From NCBI RefSeq assembly GCF_030144855.1, contig NC_082717.1, forward strand, positions 3,782,001 through 3,846,000: 64,000 nucleotides of DNA. The letters run 5' to 3'. The position numbers were made by a program, and so were the translations under genes. Positions 35,711 to 47,709 of the stretch are shown in pieces. The stretch is from Hypanus sabinus. Lineage: Eukaryota. Every line of letters starts with the position of its first letter. Position 1 is the stretch's first letter. Below the pieces are notes generated by a model that was not told the DNA's origin, made no database searches, and saw only the letters and a program-made list of their open reading frames with translations.

Positions 35711-38575
35711 CAGTTTTGAGGCCATGCCCCTCTAGTTCTGGATACCCCACCATAGGAAAAATCCTCTCCACATCCATCCTATCTAGTACTTTCAACATTT
35801 GGCAGGTTTCAATCAAACCGCCATATATTCTTCTAAATTTCAGTTACTACAGGCCCAAAGCCACCAAATACTCTTCACCTGTTAACCCTTTCATTGCTGA
35901 AATCATTCTTGTGAACCTCGTCTGAACTCTCTTCAATGGCAACACATCCCTTCTGAGATATGGAGCCCAAAACTGTTGACAATACCCCAAGTGTGGCCTG
36001 ACTAGTGTCTTATAAAAGCTCAGCATTATCTCTTTGCTTTCATGCACTATGCCTTTGAAATAAATGCCAACATTGCATTTGCCTTCTTTACCACAGACTC
36101 AACCTGTAAATTAACCTTCTGGGAGTCTTGCACAACGACTCCTAAGTCCCTCTGCACCTCTGATGTTTGAACCTTCTCCCCATTTAGATAATAGTCCGCA
36201 CTATTGGTTCATTTACCAAAATGGATAATCATAGATTTCCCAACACTGTGTTCCATCTGTTATTTTTTGCTTGTCTGAGTCACTGAGCTCCAATCGCATT
36301 GCTTCCTCAGCACTACCTGTCCCTCCGCCTATCTTTGTATCCTTTCCCTGAGTAGCCTCAAGCACAAGCACAAGCACAAGCCATCTCGAAGGCATTCAAC
36401 AAATTCCCTCTCTTGCGATCTGACTCCAACCTGATTTTTCCCAATCCCCTTGCATATCGAAGTCTCCCATTACAACTGTGCCATTGCCCTTATTACTTGC
36501 ATTTCCCAGCTCTATTTGCAATCTCAAACCAACAATTTGGCTACTATTTGGAGGCCTGTATATGATTTCCATAATGTTTTTTTCACCCTTGGAGGTTTTA
36601 ATTCCACCCACAGAGGTTCAACATTCTCTGACCCGTTTCTAAAGATGTAATTCTATCTCTCACCAACAGAGCCTATGCCTTCTTGCCTGTCCTTTCGATT
36701 GAAAATATATCCTTTGATATTAAGCTCCTAACCATGGCCCTCTTTGAGCCACGATTCAGTGATGCCCACAACGTCATAATAAACAATCTGCAACTGCATC
36801 TTCTGGTGAATGCTACGTGTATTTAAATAAAGCACCTTCAGCCCTGCATTCTTCGCCTTTTTGAATTTTGCCTCTTTTGTACAATTTAACTCTTTGCTCT
36901 GTCTTCATTTGTACCCAATCATTGACTTGTCCTTCCTTACATTCATGTTACACCGATCATCTACTTGTCAACCTGCTGGCTAATTCTCAGCTCTATCATC
37001 TGGGTTCCCATCCCCCTGCCATATTAGTTTTAACCACTTCCAACAGCTTTACTAAATCTGATTGCAAGAATATTGGTCCCCCTCAGATTCAAGTGCAACC
37101 ACCCCCTTTTGTGCAGGTCTCACCTGCCCCAGAAGAGGTCCCAATTATCCAGAAATATGAATCCCTGTCACCGCTCCAATTCTTCAGCCAAGCCGTTATC
37201 AACCACCTCATTCTATTCCTATCCTCACTGTTGTGTGGCAGAGGCAGCAATCCTGAGATTACCACCCTTGACGTGCTGCTTCTCATCTTCCTTCCTCAAT
37301 CCGATGTATTCTGTTTTCAGGACCTCCTTCCTTTTTACACCTATGTCGTTGTACAGACACGTACCATGACCTCTGGCTCCTCACCCTTCCTTCTCAGGAT
37401 ATTGTGGACATAACGAAACCCAATTTCCCTCAGGATCAATAAAATATGTCTGTCTGTATTCAGAAACATTGCAGTCCTTGGTACCTAGAAGGCAAATTAC
37501 CATCTGTGTATCATAGAACAAAGAAACATAGAAAACCTACAGCACAATACAGGCCCTTCGACCCACAATGCTGTGCCGAACATGTTCTTACATTAGAAAT
37601 TTCCTTGGGTTACCCATAGCCCTCTATTTTTTTAAGCTCCATGTACAATCCAGGAGTCTCTTAAAAGACCCTGTCATATCCGCTGCTGGAAGCCCATTCC
37701 ACGCACTCACCACTCGTTGAGTGAAAAACTCACCCCTGACATCTCCTCTGTACCGACTCCCCGGCACCTTAAATCTGTGTCCTCTTGTGGCAGCCATTTC
37801 AGCCCTTGGAAAAAGCCTCTGACTATCCACACGATCAACACCTCTCATCATCTTATAGAATAATACAGCACATTACAGGCCCTTTGGCCCCCAATGTTGT
37901 GCTGACCCTCAAACCCTGCTTCCCATATAACCCCCCACCTTAAACTCCTCTGTATACCTGTCTAGTAGTCTCTTAAACTTCACTAGTGTACCTGCCTCCA
38001 CCACTGACTCAGGCAGTGCATTCCACGCACCAACCACTCTCTGAGTGAAAAACCTTCCTCTAATATCCCCCTTGAACTTCCCTCCCCTTACCTTAAAGCC
38101 ATGCCCTCTTGCTTTGAGCAGTGGTGCCCTGGGGAAGAGGCACTGTCTGTCCATTCTGTCTATTCCTCTTATTATCTTGTACACCTCTATCATGTCTCCT
38201 CTCATCCTCTTCTCTCCAAAGAGTAAAGCCCTAGCTCCCTTAATCCCTGATCATAATCCATACTCTCTAAACCAGGCAGCATCCTGGTAAATCTCCTCTG
38301 TACCCTTTCCAATGCTTCCACATCCTTCCTATACTGAGGCAACCAGAACTGGACACAGTACTCTAAGTGTGGCCTAACCAGAGTTTTATCAAGCTGCATC
38401 ATTACATCGCGTTTCCTAAACTCAATCCCATGATTGGTGAGGCCAATGCACCGTACGCCTTCTTAACCACAGAGTCAACCTGTGCAGCTGCTTTGAGTGT
38501 CCTATGGACTTGGACCCCAAGATCCCTCTGATCCTCCACACTGCCAAGAGTCTTACCATTAATACTATATTCTCA
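35710..38575 (-). mobile_element. Stack of minus-strand CR1 fragments (RT/EN/ORF1 35710-37400; 3' ends 37510-37856 and 37857-38575)
   Basis: KTLVRPHL.YC..FW, VISGLLPLPH, repeated catagaa tails; the copy at 37857 closely resembles the one at 6073. Confidence 0.85.
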
Positions 38576-38599
38576 GAGAGTCAATGGGTTAAAAAGAAG

Positions 38600-39620
38600 T
38601 TGGAAGTGTATTTACTATCAAAGTACATGTACATCAACATACACGTCCCTGAGATTTGTTTTCTTGCAGGCATTCACAGTAAGTACAGAGAGCGCGATAG
38701 AATCAATGGAAAACCATTCGTAACAAAGGCAGACAAACAACCAGTGTACAAAAGGCAATAAACTGTGCAAATGCAAAAAGGAAAAGTACATAAATAAAGG
38801 AATTTTAAAAAATTTAAAAAATAAATAAACAATAAATATTGAGAACCTGAGATGAAGAGTCCTTGAAAGTGAGTCCATAGGTTGTGGGAGAGTTCAGTGA
38901 TTGGGCAGGTGAAGCTGAGTGAAGTTATCCCCTCTGGTTCAAGACCCTGATGGTTGAGGGGTGATAACTGTTTCTGAACCTGGTGCTGTGAGTCCTGAGG
39001 CTCCTGTACCTCCTTCCTGATGGTTGAGGGGTGATAACTGCTCCTGAACCTGGGGGTGAGTACTGAGGCTCCTGTACCTCCTTCCTGATGGTTGAGGGGT
39101 GATAACTGTTCCTGAACCTGGGGGTGAGTCCTGAGGCTCCTGTACCACCTTCCTGATGGTTGAGGGGTGATAACTGTTCCTGAACCTGGGGGTGAGTCCT
39201 GAGGCTCCTGTACCACCTTCCTGATGGTTGAGGGGTGATAACTGTTCCTGAACCTGGGGGTGAGTCCTGAGGCTCCTGTACCACCTTCCTGATGGTTGAG
39301 GGGTGATAACTGTTCCTGAACCTGGGGGTGAGTCCTGAGGCTCCTGTACCACCTTCCTGATGGTTGAGGGGTGATAACTGTTCCTGAACCTGGGGGTGAG
39401 TCCTGAGGCTCCTGTACCACCTTCCTGATGGTAGTAGGAAGAAGAGAGCATGGCCTGGGTAGTTGAAATCTTTGATGTTGGCTGCTGCTTTTCTGTGACG
39501 GTACTCTGTATCGATGTGCCAATGATGGGGAGGGCTTTACCCATGATGGACTGGGCTGTATCCACTACATTTCTGTAGAATTTTCCATTCAAGGGCATTG
39601 GTGTTTCTATACTGGCATGG
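38600..39620 (-). mobile_element. Rex1/Babar LINE 3' end containing a 68-bp minisatellite
   Basis: C-terminal peptide PSGRRYRSLRTHSTRFRNSYHPSTIRVLN and its 3'UTR. Confidence 0.85.
38946..39431. repeat. 68-bp tandem repeat, 7 units + 8 bp
   Basis: Units start at 38946 (70-bp variant), 39016, 39084, 39152, 39220, 39288 and 39356; units 3-7 appear identical. Confidence 0.97.
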
Positions 39621-39670
39621 GAACATCCTCTGTAAGAAGCTCGTACGTTCTCCCTGTCAAATACATGGGT

Positions 39671-39770
39671 TTCCTCCAGGTACCCCACATTCCTCCAGGT
39701 ACCCCGCATTCCTCCAGGTACCCCGCTTTCCTCCAGGTACCCCACATTCCTCCAGGTACCCCGCTTTCCT
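39671..39770 (+). repeat. 19-bp tandem repeat (TTCCTCCAGGTACCCCRCW x5) inside a SINE body
   Basis: Units at 39671, 39690, 39709, 39728 and 39747, within the SINE motif gggtttcctcc...tttcctcccacagtccaaa. Confidence 0.93.
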
Positions 39771-40419
39771 CCCACAGTCCAAAAACGTGCTGGTTGTTCG
39801 TGATTGTAAACAGTCCTGTGATCAGGCTCGGGTTATACAGGTTGGCTGCTGGACAGCACGGTTTGAAGGGCTCATTCCATGCTGTATCTAAATAAATCCC
39901 AGATTAAAACACGGAACTGTGTTTCAGAGCAGCGCACACAAAATGCTGGAGGAGCTCAGCAGGCCAGGCAGCGTTTAAGGAAAGGAGTAAACAGTCAGTG
40001 TTTCGGGCCCACCCCAAAGATCCCACTCCAGGCACCCTGCCTGATCTGCATCAGCCACCAAACCCCGAGCTGAAAGAGCACATTTCAATGTACATTGAAA
40101 AACCTGAAATCTGTATAAAAGACCTACCCCACGCATCTCATTTGAACCTCTCCATTCTCACCAAACTGCATTTCCCCTGCTACCCCTGGAGAAGGATTCT
40201 GACTGACATAGAAAACACAGAACATAGGGCACTTCAGTACAGGCCATTCGGTCCACAGTACTGTGCTGACCTTATACCCGACTCCAGCATCAATCTTCCC
40301 TCCTACACAGCCCTCCATTTATATGCCTATTTAAGACTTTGGTCTGGTAATATATTTTCACTCTGGTGGAAAGCCTCTGACAGAACACACGAGCTCAGTA
40401 GATGCTGAGCGTTTCTCTG

Positions 40420-42415
40420 TTCTTTTAAAAGACCCTATCGTATCCGCCTCCACCACTGGTGCCGGCAGCCCATTCCACGCACTCACCACTCTCTGAGTGA
40501 AAAGCTTACCCTGACATCTCCTCTGTACCGACTCCCCAGCACCTTAAACCTGTGTCCTCTTGTGGCAACCATTTCAGCCCTGGGAAAAAAGCCTCTGACT
40601 ATCCACATGATCAATGCCTCTCATTATCTTGTACACCTCTATCAGGTCACCTCTCATCCTCCGTTGCTTTAAGGAGAAAAGGCAGAGTTCACTCAACCCA
40701 TTGTCATAAGACATGCTCCCCAATCCAGGCAACATCCTTGTAAATCTCCTCTGCACCTTTTCTATGGTTTCCACGTCCTTTCTGTAGTGTGGCGATCAGA
40801 GTTGTGCACAGTACTCCAAGTGGGGTCTGACCAGGGTCCTACATAGCTGCAAGATTAGCTCTTGGTTCTTAAACTCAATCCCATGATTGATGAAGGCCAA
40901 TTCAGTATGCTTTCTTAACCAGAGTCAACCTGCACAGCAGCTTTGAGCGTCCTATTGACTCAGACCGCAAGATCCCTCTGATCTTCCACTCTGCCAAGAG
41001 TCTTACCATTAGTACTATATTCTGCCATCATATTTGACCTACCAAAATGAACCACCTCATACTTATGTGGGTTGAACTCCATCTGCCACTTCTCAGCCCA
41101 GTTTTGCATCTTATCAATGTCCCGCTGTAACCTCTGACAGCCCTCCTCACTATCCACAACACCCCCAACCTTTTTTGTCATCAGCAAATTTGCTAACTCA
41201 TCCCTCCACTCCCTCATCCAGGTCATTTATAAAAATCACGAAGAAAAGGGGTCCCAAAACAGATCCCTGAGGCACTCCACTGGTGACTGACCTCCATGCA
41301 GAATATGACCTGTCTACAATCACTCATTGCCTTCTGTTAGCAAGCCAGTCCTGGATCCACAAAGCAATGTCCCCTTGGATCCCATGCTTCCTTACTTTCT
41401 CAATAAGCTTTGCATGGGATATCTTATCAAATGCCTTGCCTAATCCATACACACTACATCTACTGCTTTTCTTTTATCAATGTGTTTAGCCACAACCTCA
41501 AAAAATTCAATCAGGCTCATAAGGCACGACCTGCCCTTGACAAAGCCATACTGACTATTCCTAATCATATTACACCTCTCCAAATGTTCATAAATTCTGC
41601 CTCTCAGGATCTTCTCCATCAACTTACCAACCACTGAAGTAAGACTCACAAGTCTATAATTTCCTGGGCTATCCCTACTCACTTTCTTGAATAAGAGACT
41701 AACATCTGCAACTCTCCAATCCTCCAAAACCTCTCTCGTCTCCATTGATGATGCAAAGATCATTGCCAGAGGCTAAGAAATCTCCTCCCTCACACCCCAC
41801 AGTAGCCTGGCTTACATCTCGTCAAGTGCCGGTGAATTATCCAACTTGATGCTTTCCAAAAACTCCAGCACATTCTCTTTCTTAAAATCTACATGGTCAA
41901 GCTTTTCAATCCGCTGTAAGTCACCCTTACAATCGTCAAGACCTTTCTCCATAGTGAATACTGAAGCAAAGTATTCATTAAGTACCTCTGCTATATCTTC
42001 GGGTTCCATACACACTTTTCCATTGTCACACTTGATTGATCCCATTCTCTGATGCCATATCCTCTAGCTCTTCACATACTTGTGGAATGCCTTGGGGTTT
42101 TCCTTAATGCTGCCCACCAAGGTCTTCTCATGGCCCCTTCTGGCTCTCCTAATTTCATTCTTAAACTCCTTCCTGCTAGCCTTATAATCTTCTAAATCTC
42201 TATCATTACCTTGTTTTTTGAACCTTTTGTAAGCTTTTCTTCTTGACTAGATTTACACCAGCCTTTGTACACCATGGTTCCTGTAACCTACCATCCTTTC
42301 CCTGTCTCGTTAGAATGCACCTTTGCAGAACTCCACGCAAGTATCCCCTGAACATTTGCCACATTTCTACAGTAAATTTCCCTCAGAATCTCTGTTCCCA
42401 ATTTATGGTTTCATG
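40420..42415 (-). mobile_element. Degenerate CR1 ORF2
   Basis: ORF track 40574-42045: GNYRLVSLTSVVG, EVLNEYFASVFT. Confidence 0.9.
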
Positions 42416-42416
42416 T

Positions 42417-45400
42417 TAACCATATAACCATATAACAATCACAGCACGGAAACAGGCCATCTCGGCCCTCCTAGTCCGTGCCGAACTCTTAATCTCACCT
42501 AGTCCCACCTACCCGCACTCAGCCCATAACCCTCCACTCCTTTCCTGTCCATATACCTATCCAATTTTACCTTAAATGACACAACTGAACTGGCCTCTAC
42601 TACTTCTACAGGAAGCTCATTCCACACAGCTATCACTCTCTGAGTAAAGAAATACCCCCTCATGTTTCCCTTAAACTTCTGCCCTCTAACTCTCAATTCA
42701 TGTCCTCTCGTTTGAATCTCCCCCACTCTCAATGGAAACAGCCTATTCACGTCAACTCTATCTATCCCTCTCAAAATTTTAAATACCTCGATCAAATCCC
42801 CCCTCAACCTTCTACGCTCCAATGAATAGAGACCTAACTTGTTCAACCTTTCTCTATAACTTAAGTGCTGAAACCCAGGTAACATCCTAGTAAATCGTCT
42901 CTGCACTCTCTCTAATTTATTGATATCTTTCCTATAATTCGGTGACCAGAACTGTACACAATATTCCAAATTTTTCTAGATCTCTCTGTTCCTCTGCATT
43001 CCTCAATGCCCTACCATTTACTCTGTATGTTCTATTTGGATTATTCCTGCCAAAATGTAGAACCTCACACTTCTCAGCATTAAACTCCATCTGCCAACAT
43101 TCAGCCCATTCTTCTGACCGGCATAAATCTCCCTGCAAACTTTGAAAACCCACCTCATTATCCACAACACCTCCTACCTTAGTATCATCGGCATACTTAC
43201 TAATCCAATTTACCACCCCATCATCCAGATCATTTATGTATATTACAAACAACATTGGGCCCAAAACAGATCCCTGAGGCACCCCGCTAGTCACTGGCCT
43301 CCATCCCGATTAACAATTATCCACCACTACTCTCTGGCATCTCCCATCTAGCCACTGTTGAATCCATTTTATTACTCCAGCATTAATACCTAATGACTGA
43401 ACCTTCTTAACTAACCTTCCAAGTGGAACTTTGTCAAAGGCCTTGCTGAAGTCCATATAGACTACATCCACTGCCTTACCCTCGTCAACATTCCTCGTAA
43501 CTTCTTCAAAAAATTCAATAAGGTTTGTCAAACATGACCTTCTATGCACCAATCCATGATGGCTACTCCTAATCAGATCCTGTCTATCCAGATAATTATA
43601 AATACTATCTCTAAGAATACTTTCCATTAATTTACCCACCACTGATGTCAAACTGACAGGTCTATAATTGCTAGGCTTACTTCTAGAACTCTTTTTAAAC
43701 AATGGAACCACATGAGCAATACGCCAATCCTCTGGCACAATCCCCGTTTCTAATGACATCTGAAAGATCTCCGTCAGAGCTCCTGCTATCTCTACACAAA
43801 CTCTACACAAACTACAGGAACTATCAGTTCCTGCCTGATAGCCTCATATTTCCCCTTACTCCAATTAAACACTTTCCTACCTTGTCTGTTCCTATCCCTC
43901 TCTAATGCTATGGTAAAGGAGATAGAATTGTGATCACTATCTCCAAAATATACTCCAACCGAGAGATCAGACACCTGACCAGGTACATTTGCCAATACCA
44001 GATCAAGTACAGCCTCTCCTCTTGTAGGCTTATCTACATATTGTGTCAAGAAACCTTCCTGAACACACCTAACAAACTCTACCCCATCTAAACCCCTTAC
44101 TCTTGGGAGATGCCAATCAATATTTGGGAAATTAAAATCACCCACCACAGCAACCCTGTTACTCTTCCATCCTTTCCAGAATCTGTCACTCTATCTGGTC
44201 CTTGATGTCCCTGTTACTCTTCCACCCTTTCCAGAATCTGTCACTCTATCTGGTCCTTGATGTCCCTGTTACTATTGGGTGTCCATAAAAAGCACCCAGT
44301 AGAGTTATTGACCTGTTCCTGTTCCTAACTTCCACTCTCAGAGACTCAGCAGACAATCCTTCCAGGATTTCATCCTTTTCGGCAGCCGTGACACTATCTC
44401 TGATCAGCAGTGTCACGCCCCCACCTCTTTAGCCTCTCTCCCTGTCCTTTCTGAAACAGCTAAAGCCTGGCACTCAAAGTAACTATTCCTGCCCCTGAAC
44501 CATCAAAGCCTCTGTAATGGCTGCAACACCATAGCTCCAAGTACTGACCCACACTCTAAGCTCATCCATTTTATTCATAATACTCCTTGCATTAAATTAG
44601 ATGCATCTCAAACCATCAGTCTGAGCATACCCCTTCTCTATCACCTACTTTTCCTCCCTCTCGCACTGTTTACAAGCTTTTTCTACTTTTGAACCAAACA
44701 CCCCTTCCTCCGTCTCTTCAGTTCAGTTCCCACTCCCCAGTAATTCTAGTTTAAACTCTCCCCAATAGCCTTAGCAAACCTCCCTGCCATGATATTGGTC
44801 CCCCTGGGATTCAAATGCAACCTGTCCTTTTTGTACAGGTCACGCCTGTCCCAAAAGAGTTCCCAATGATCCAGAAATCTGAATCCCTCAGTCATGCATT
44901 TATCCTCCACCTCATTTTACTCCAATACTAACTGTCACGTGGCACTGGAGGTAATCCCAAGATTACAGCCTTTGAGGTCCTGCTTTTCAACTTCCTTCCT
45001 AACTCCCTGTTGTCTGTTTCCAGTACCTCCTCCCTTTTCCTACCTATGTCATTGGTACTAATATGTACCACGACCTCTGGCTGTTCACCTTCCCACTTCA
45101 GGATATCATTAATGCAATCAGAAACATCCCAGACCCTGGCAATTGGGAGGCAAATTACCTTCCATGTTTCTTTCCTGCATCCACAGAATTGTCTGTCTGA
45201 CCCCCTGACTATAGATTCCCCTATCACTGCTGCCACCCTCTTCCTTTCCCTACCCTTCTGAGCCACAGGGCCAGACTCTGTGCCAGAGACACGGCCACTG
45301 TTGCTTCCTCCAGGTAGGCCAGCTCCCCCAACAGTACTCAAGCAAGAGTACTTATTGTTAAGGGGGAAAACCACAGGGGTAATCTCTGGTATCTGACTCC

Positions 45401-45800
45401 TGCCCTTCCCTATCCTGCCTTTTACCCACATATCTATTTCTTGATGCCCCAGTGTAACTACTTGCCTATAGCTCCTATCTATCACCTCTTCACTTCCCCT
45501 GACCAGATGAAGATCGTCGAGCTGCATCTCCAGTTCCCTTACCCAGTCCCTAAGGAGCTGCAGCTCGATGCACCTGTTGCAGATGTGGCCGTCTTGGAGG
45601 CTGAGAGTCTTCTGGACTTCCCACATCTGACACCCAGTACAGAACACCAGCCTCACAGGCATACTTCCTGTTTCTATTTTACACAAGTAATGTACCTCGC
45701 CTCACCAGTTAATGCCAAAGTCTTGTTGATTCAAAGGCCTCCCACTCTGTCTTCCTCTACTCTGTCAGTTGCTCTATAAAGCTGTCTATGTTTAAACTCT
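42417..45800 (-). mobile_element. CR1 LINE spanning 5'UTR, ORF1 and ORF2, with internal deletions
   Basis: ORF1 at 44928-45686; ORF2 fragments 43792-44148, 43310-43810, 42932-43294 and 42499-42969; deletions near 43800 and 42970; 55-bp duplication at 44154-44273. Confidence 0.92.
44928..45686 (-). pseudogene. CR1 ORF1 remnant: zinc finger/leucine zipper + SGNH esterase
   Basis: CTGCQMW...HICNRC, LRDWVRELEMQLDDL (coiled coil), VIGESIVRG, HISTNDIG (GDS/GxND esterase motifs, degraded). Confidence 0.85.
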
Positions 45801-46379
45801 TCTCGTTGTTCTAAATGGCTAATGTCTATGTGCTTGCACAGTTGTGCCTCGATTCTTAACGTGTCCACAGAATCACCTATCTATCCCCTTGACTATAAAG
45901 TTCTCTATTACTGCTGCCATCCTCTTCATTTCCCTACCCTTCTGAGCCACAGGGCCAGACTCAGTGCCAGAGGTCCAGTGCCAGTCCCAGGTAGGTCATC
46001 TGACACCCAGAACAGAACATTGTCTTTATAGACATGTCCCCTATTCTCTCTAGAGTTCAATAAGAAAGAAATTAACTCACCTAGTGTCCGTCTGTTCTCG
46101 CCAAAGCCTTACTACCCTGACTCAAGACCACTCCACGAGGCAGTAACTCTCTTTTATGGAGAATGGCTTTTTGAAAGCTCGTTGTCAGACCAGCACAGGA
46201 ACACTCCTGTTGTGTTTGTGCAGATTGCCAAGCAACGACTCTCATTACAACGACAACTTGCAGCTTTTTCAAACTCTTTGTGGACCTGTTCCTGTTGCGC
46301 CTGCAATATAAGCATACATGCGTGTCTGGCACCCCTTCCCTCTGCGAGCCTGCAGGTCACCCTTGAGCAAGATGTAGCA

Positions 46380-46655
46380 CCTGCTGAGCCTCCACCGGTT
46401 AACGACACAGGGGAGCAGATGGTGGATGGTCATATAAGCAGCCAGTGTATATCACAAGTTCTGGTTGTGTGACCACTGACACCAGGCAAACTATCTCTGA
46501 GGAGTATTGGTCATGGCTGGGCTCACAAAGACACTACCCAGAAGCAGGCAATGGTGAACCACTTCTCTGGAAAAATGTGCCAAGAACAATCACGGTCATG
46601 AGACCATGATCACCCGCGTCCTACATCACGGCACATAACAAACGAACAAATGATA
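46380..46655 (+). mobile_element. RTE/BovB-like 3' tail or related SINE
   Basis: Motif gaagcaggcaatggtgaaccacttc...gccaagaacaatc..gtcatg resembles the RTE/BovB-family 3' end; from recall only. Confidence 0.45.
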
Positions 46656-46869
46656 AATATGTCACCATACAACACCCAGAGTTTCATTTACTTGTGGGCA
46701 TTCATTATAAATAGACATAAACACAACAAAGTCAATGAAAAACTGCACACTACAGAGACACTGAACACAGCTCACAATGGTAAGCCGAATCAATTAAATT
46801 AGTAATCAGATAGCCAATGAAAGTAATCTTTTCTGTCTGTATAATGTCCACAGCCAAACACGTTGTATT

Positions 46870-47426
46870 AGACAATGGTGAGGCCTAATTTTGAGTATTG
46901 TGTGCAGTTTTGGTCACCTAGCTACAGGAAAGATGTAAATAAAGTTGAAAGAGTACAAAGACAATTTACAAGCATGTTGCCAGGTCTGGAAGACCTGAAT
47001 TATAAGGAAAGATTGAATAGGTTTGGACTTCAGTCTTTGGAATGTAGACGATTGAGAGGAGATTTGACAGAGGCATACAAAATTATGAGGGGTATAGATA
47101 GGGTAAATGCAAGCAAGCTTCTTCAACTGAGGTGGTGTGGGACTACAACTAGAGGTCACGGGTTAAAGGTGAAAGGTGAAAAGGTTAAGGAGAACATGAA
47201 AGAAAACTTCTTCACTCCAAGGCTTGTGAGAGTGTGGAACAAGCTGCCAGTGCAAGAGGATCATATGAGCTCGATTTCAATGTTTAAGAGAAGTTTGGAT
47301 AGGTAAATGGACTGTAGTGGTATGGATGGCAATGATCCCGGTGTAAGTCAGTGGGACCAGGCAATTTAAATGGTTCAGCATAGATGGGCCGAAGGGACTG
47401 ATTCTGTGCTGTACATTTTTATGAGA
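46870..47426 (+). mobile_element. CR1 3' fragment
   Basis: ORF 46875-47306: [14 protein letters not shown]...RGDLTEAYKIMRG. Confidence 0.9.
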
Positions 47427-47555
47427 CTATAACTCTAATGTCCACATCCTTTTCCTCACATACATGTCCTAATGATAGGCAGATAGATTAGATATTTCAT
47501 TTAGATCGGAAAAGTATGTGATGTGAGGAAAAGGATATGGACTTTAGAGTTATAG
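47427..47555. repeat. Inverted repeat with 35-bp arms (small MITE-like)
   Basis: 47427-47461 matches the reverse complement of 47521-47555 with 2 mismatches; 59-bp spacer. Confidence 0.85.
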
Positions 47556-47709
47556 CGTTTCTTCTGCCTCTTTCTCTACTGAAAGAGTGGAATGACATTT
47601 GCAATTTTTCAGTTCACAGGAACCATTAGAGAATCATTAAGTGTCGGCACGGACTAGAAGGGCTGAGATGGCCTGTTTCTGTGCTGTAATTGTTATATGG
47701 TTATATGCC

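Noticed and set aside
38946-39431. CRISPR-like array
   Set aside because: Contiguous identical units with no unique spacers, in a eukaryotic LINE context.
38674-39775. Long repetitive ORFs (282 aa and 278 aa) as novel proteins
   Set aside because: Artefacts of a stop-free 68-bp repeat cycling through three frames within a Rex1 remnant.
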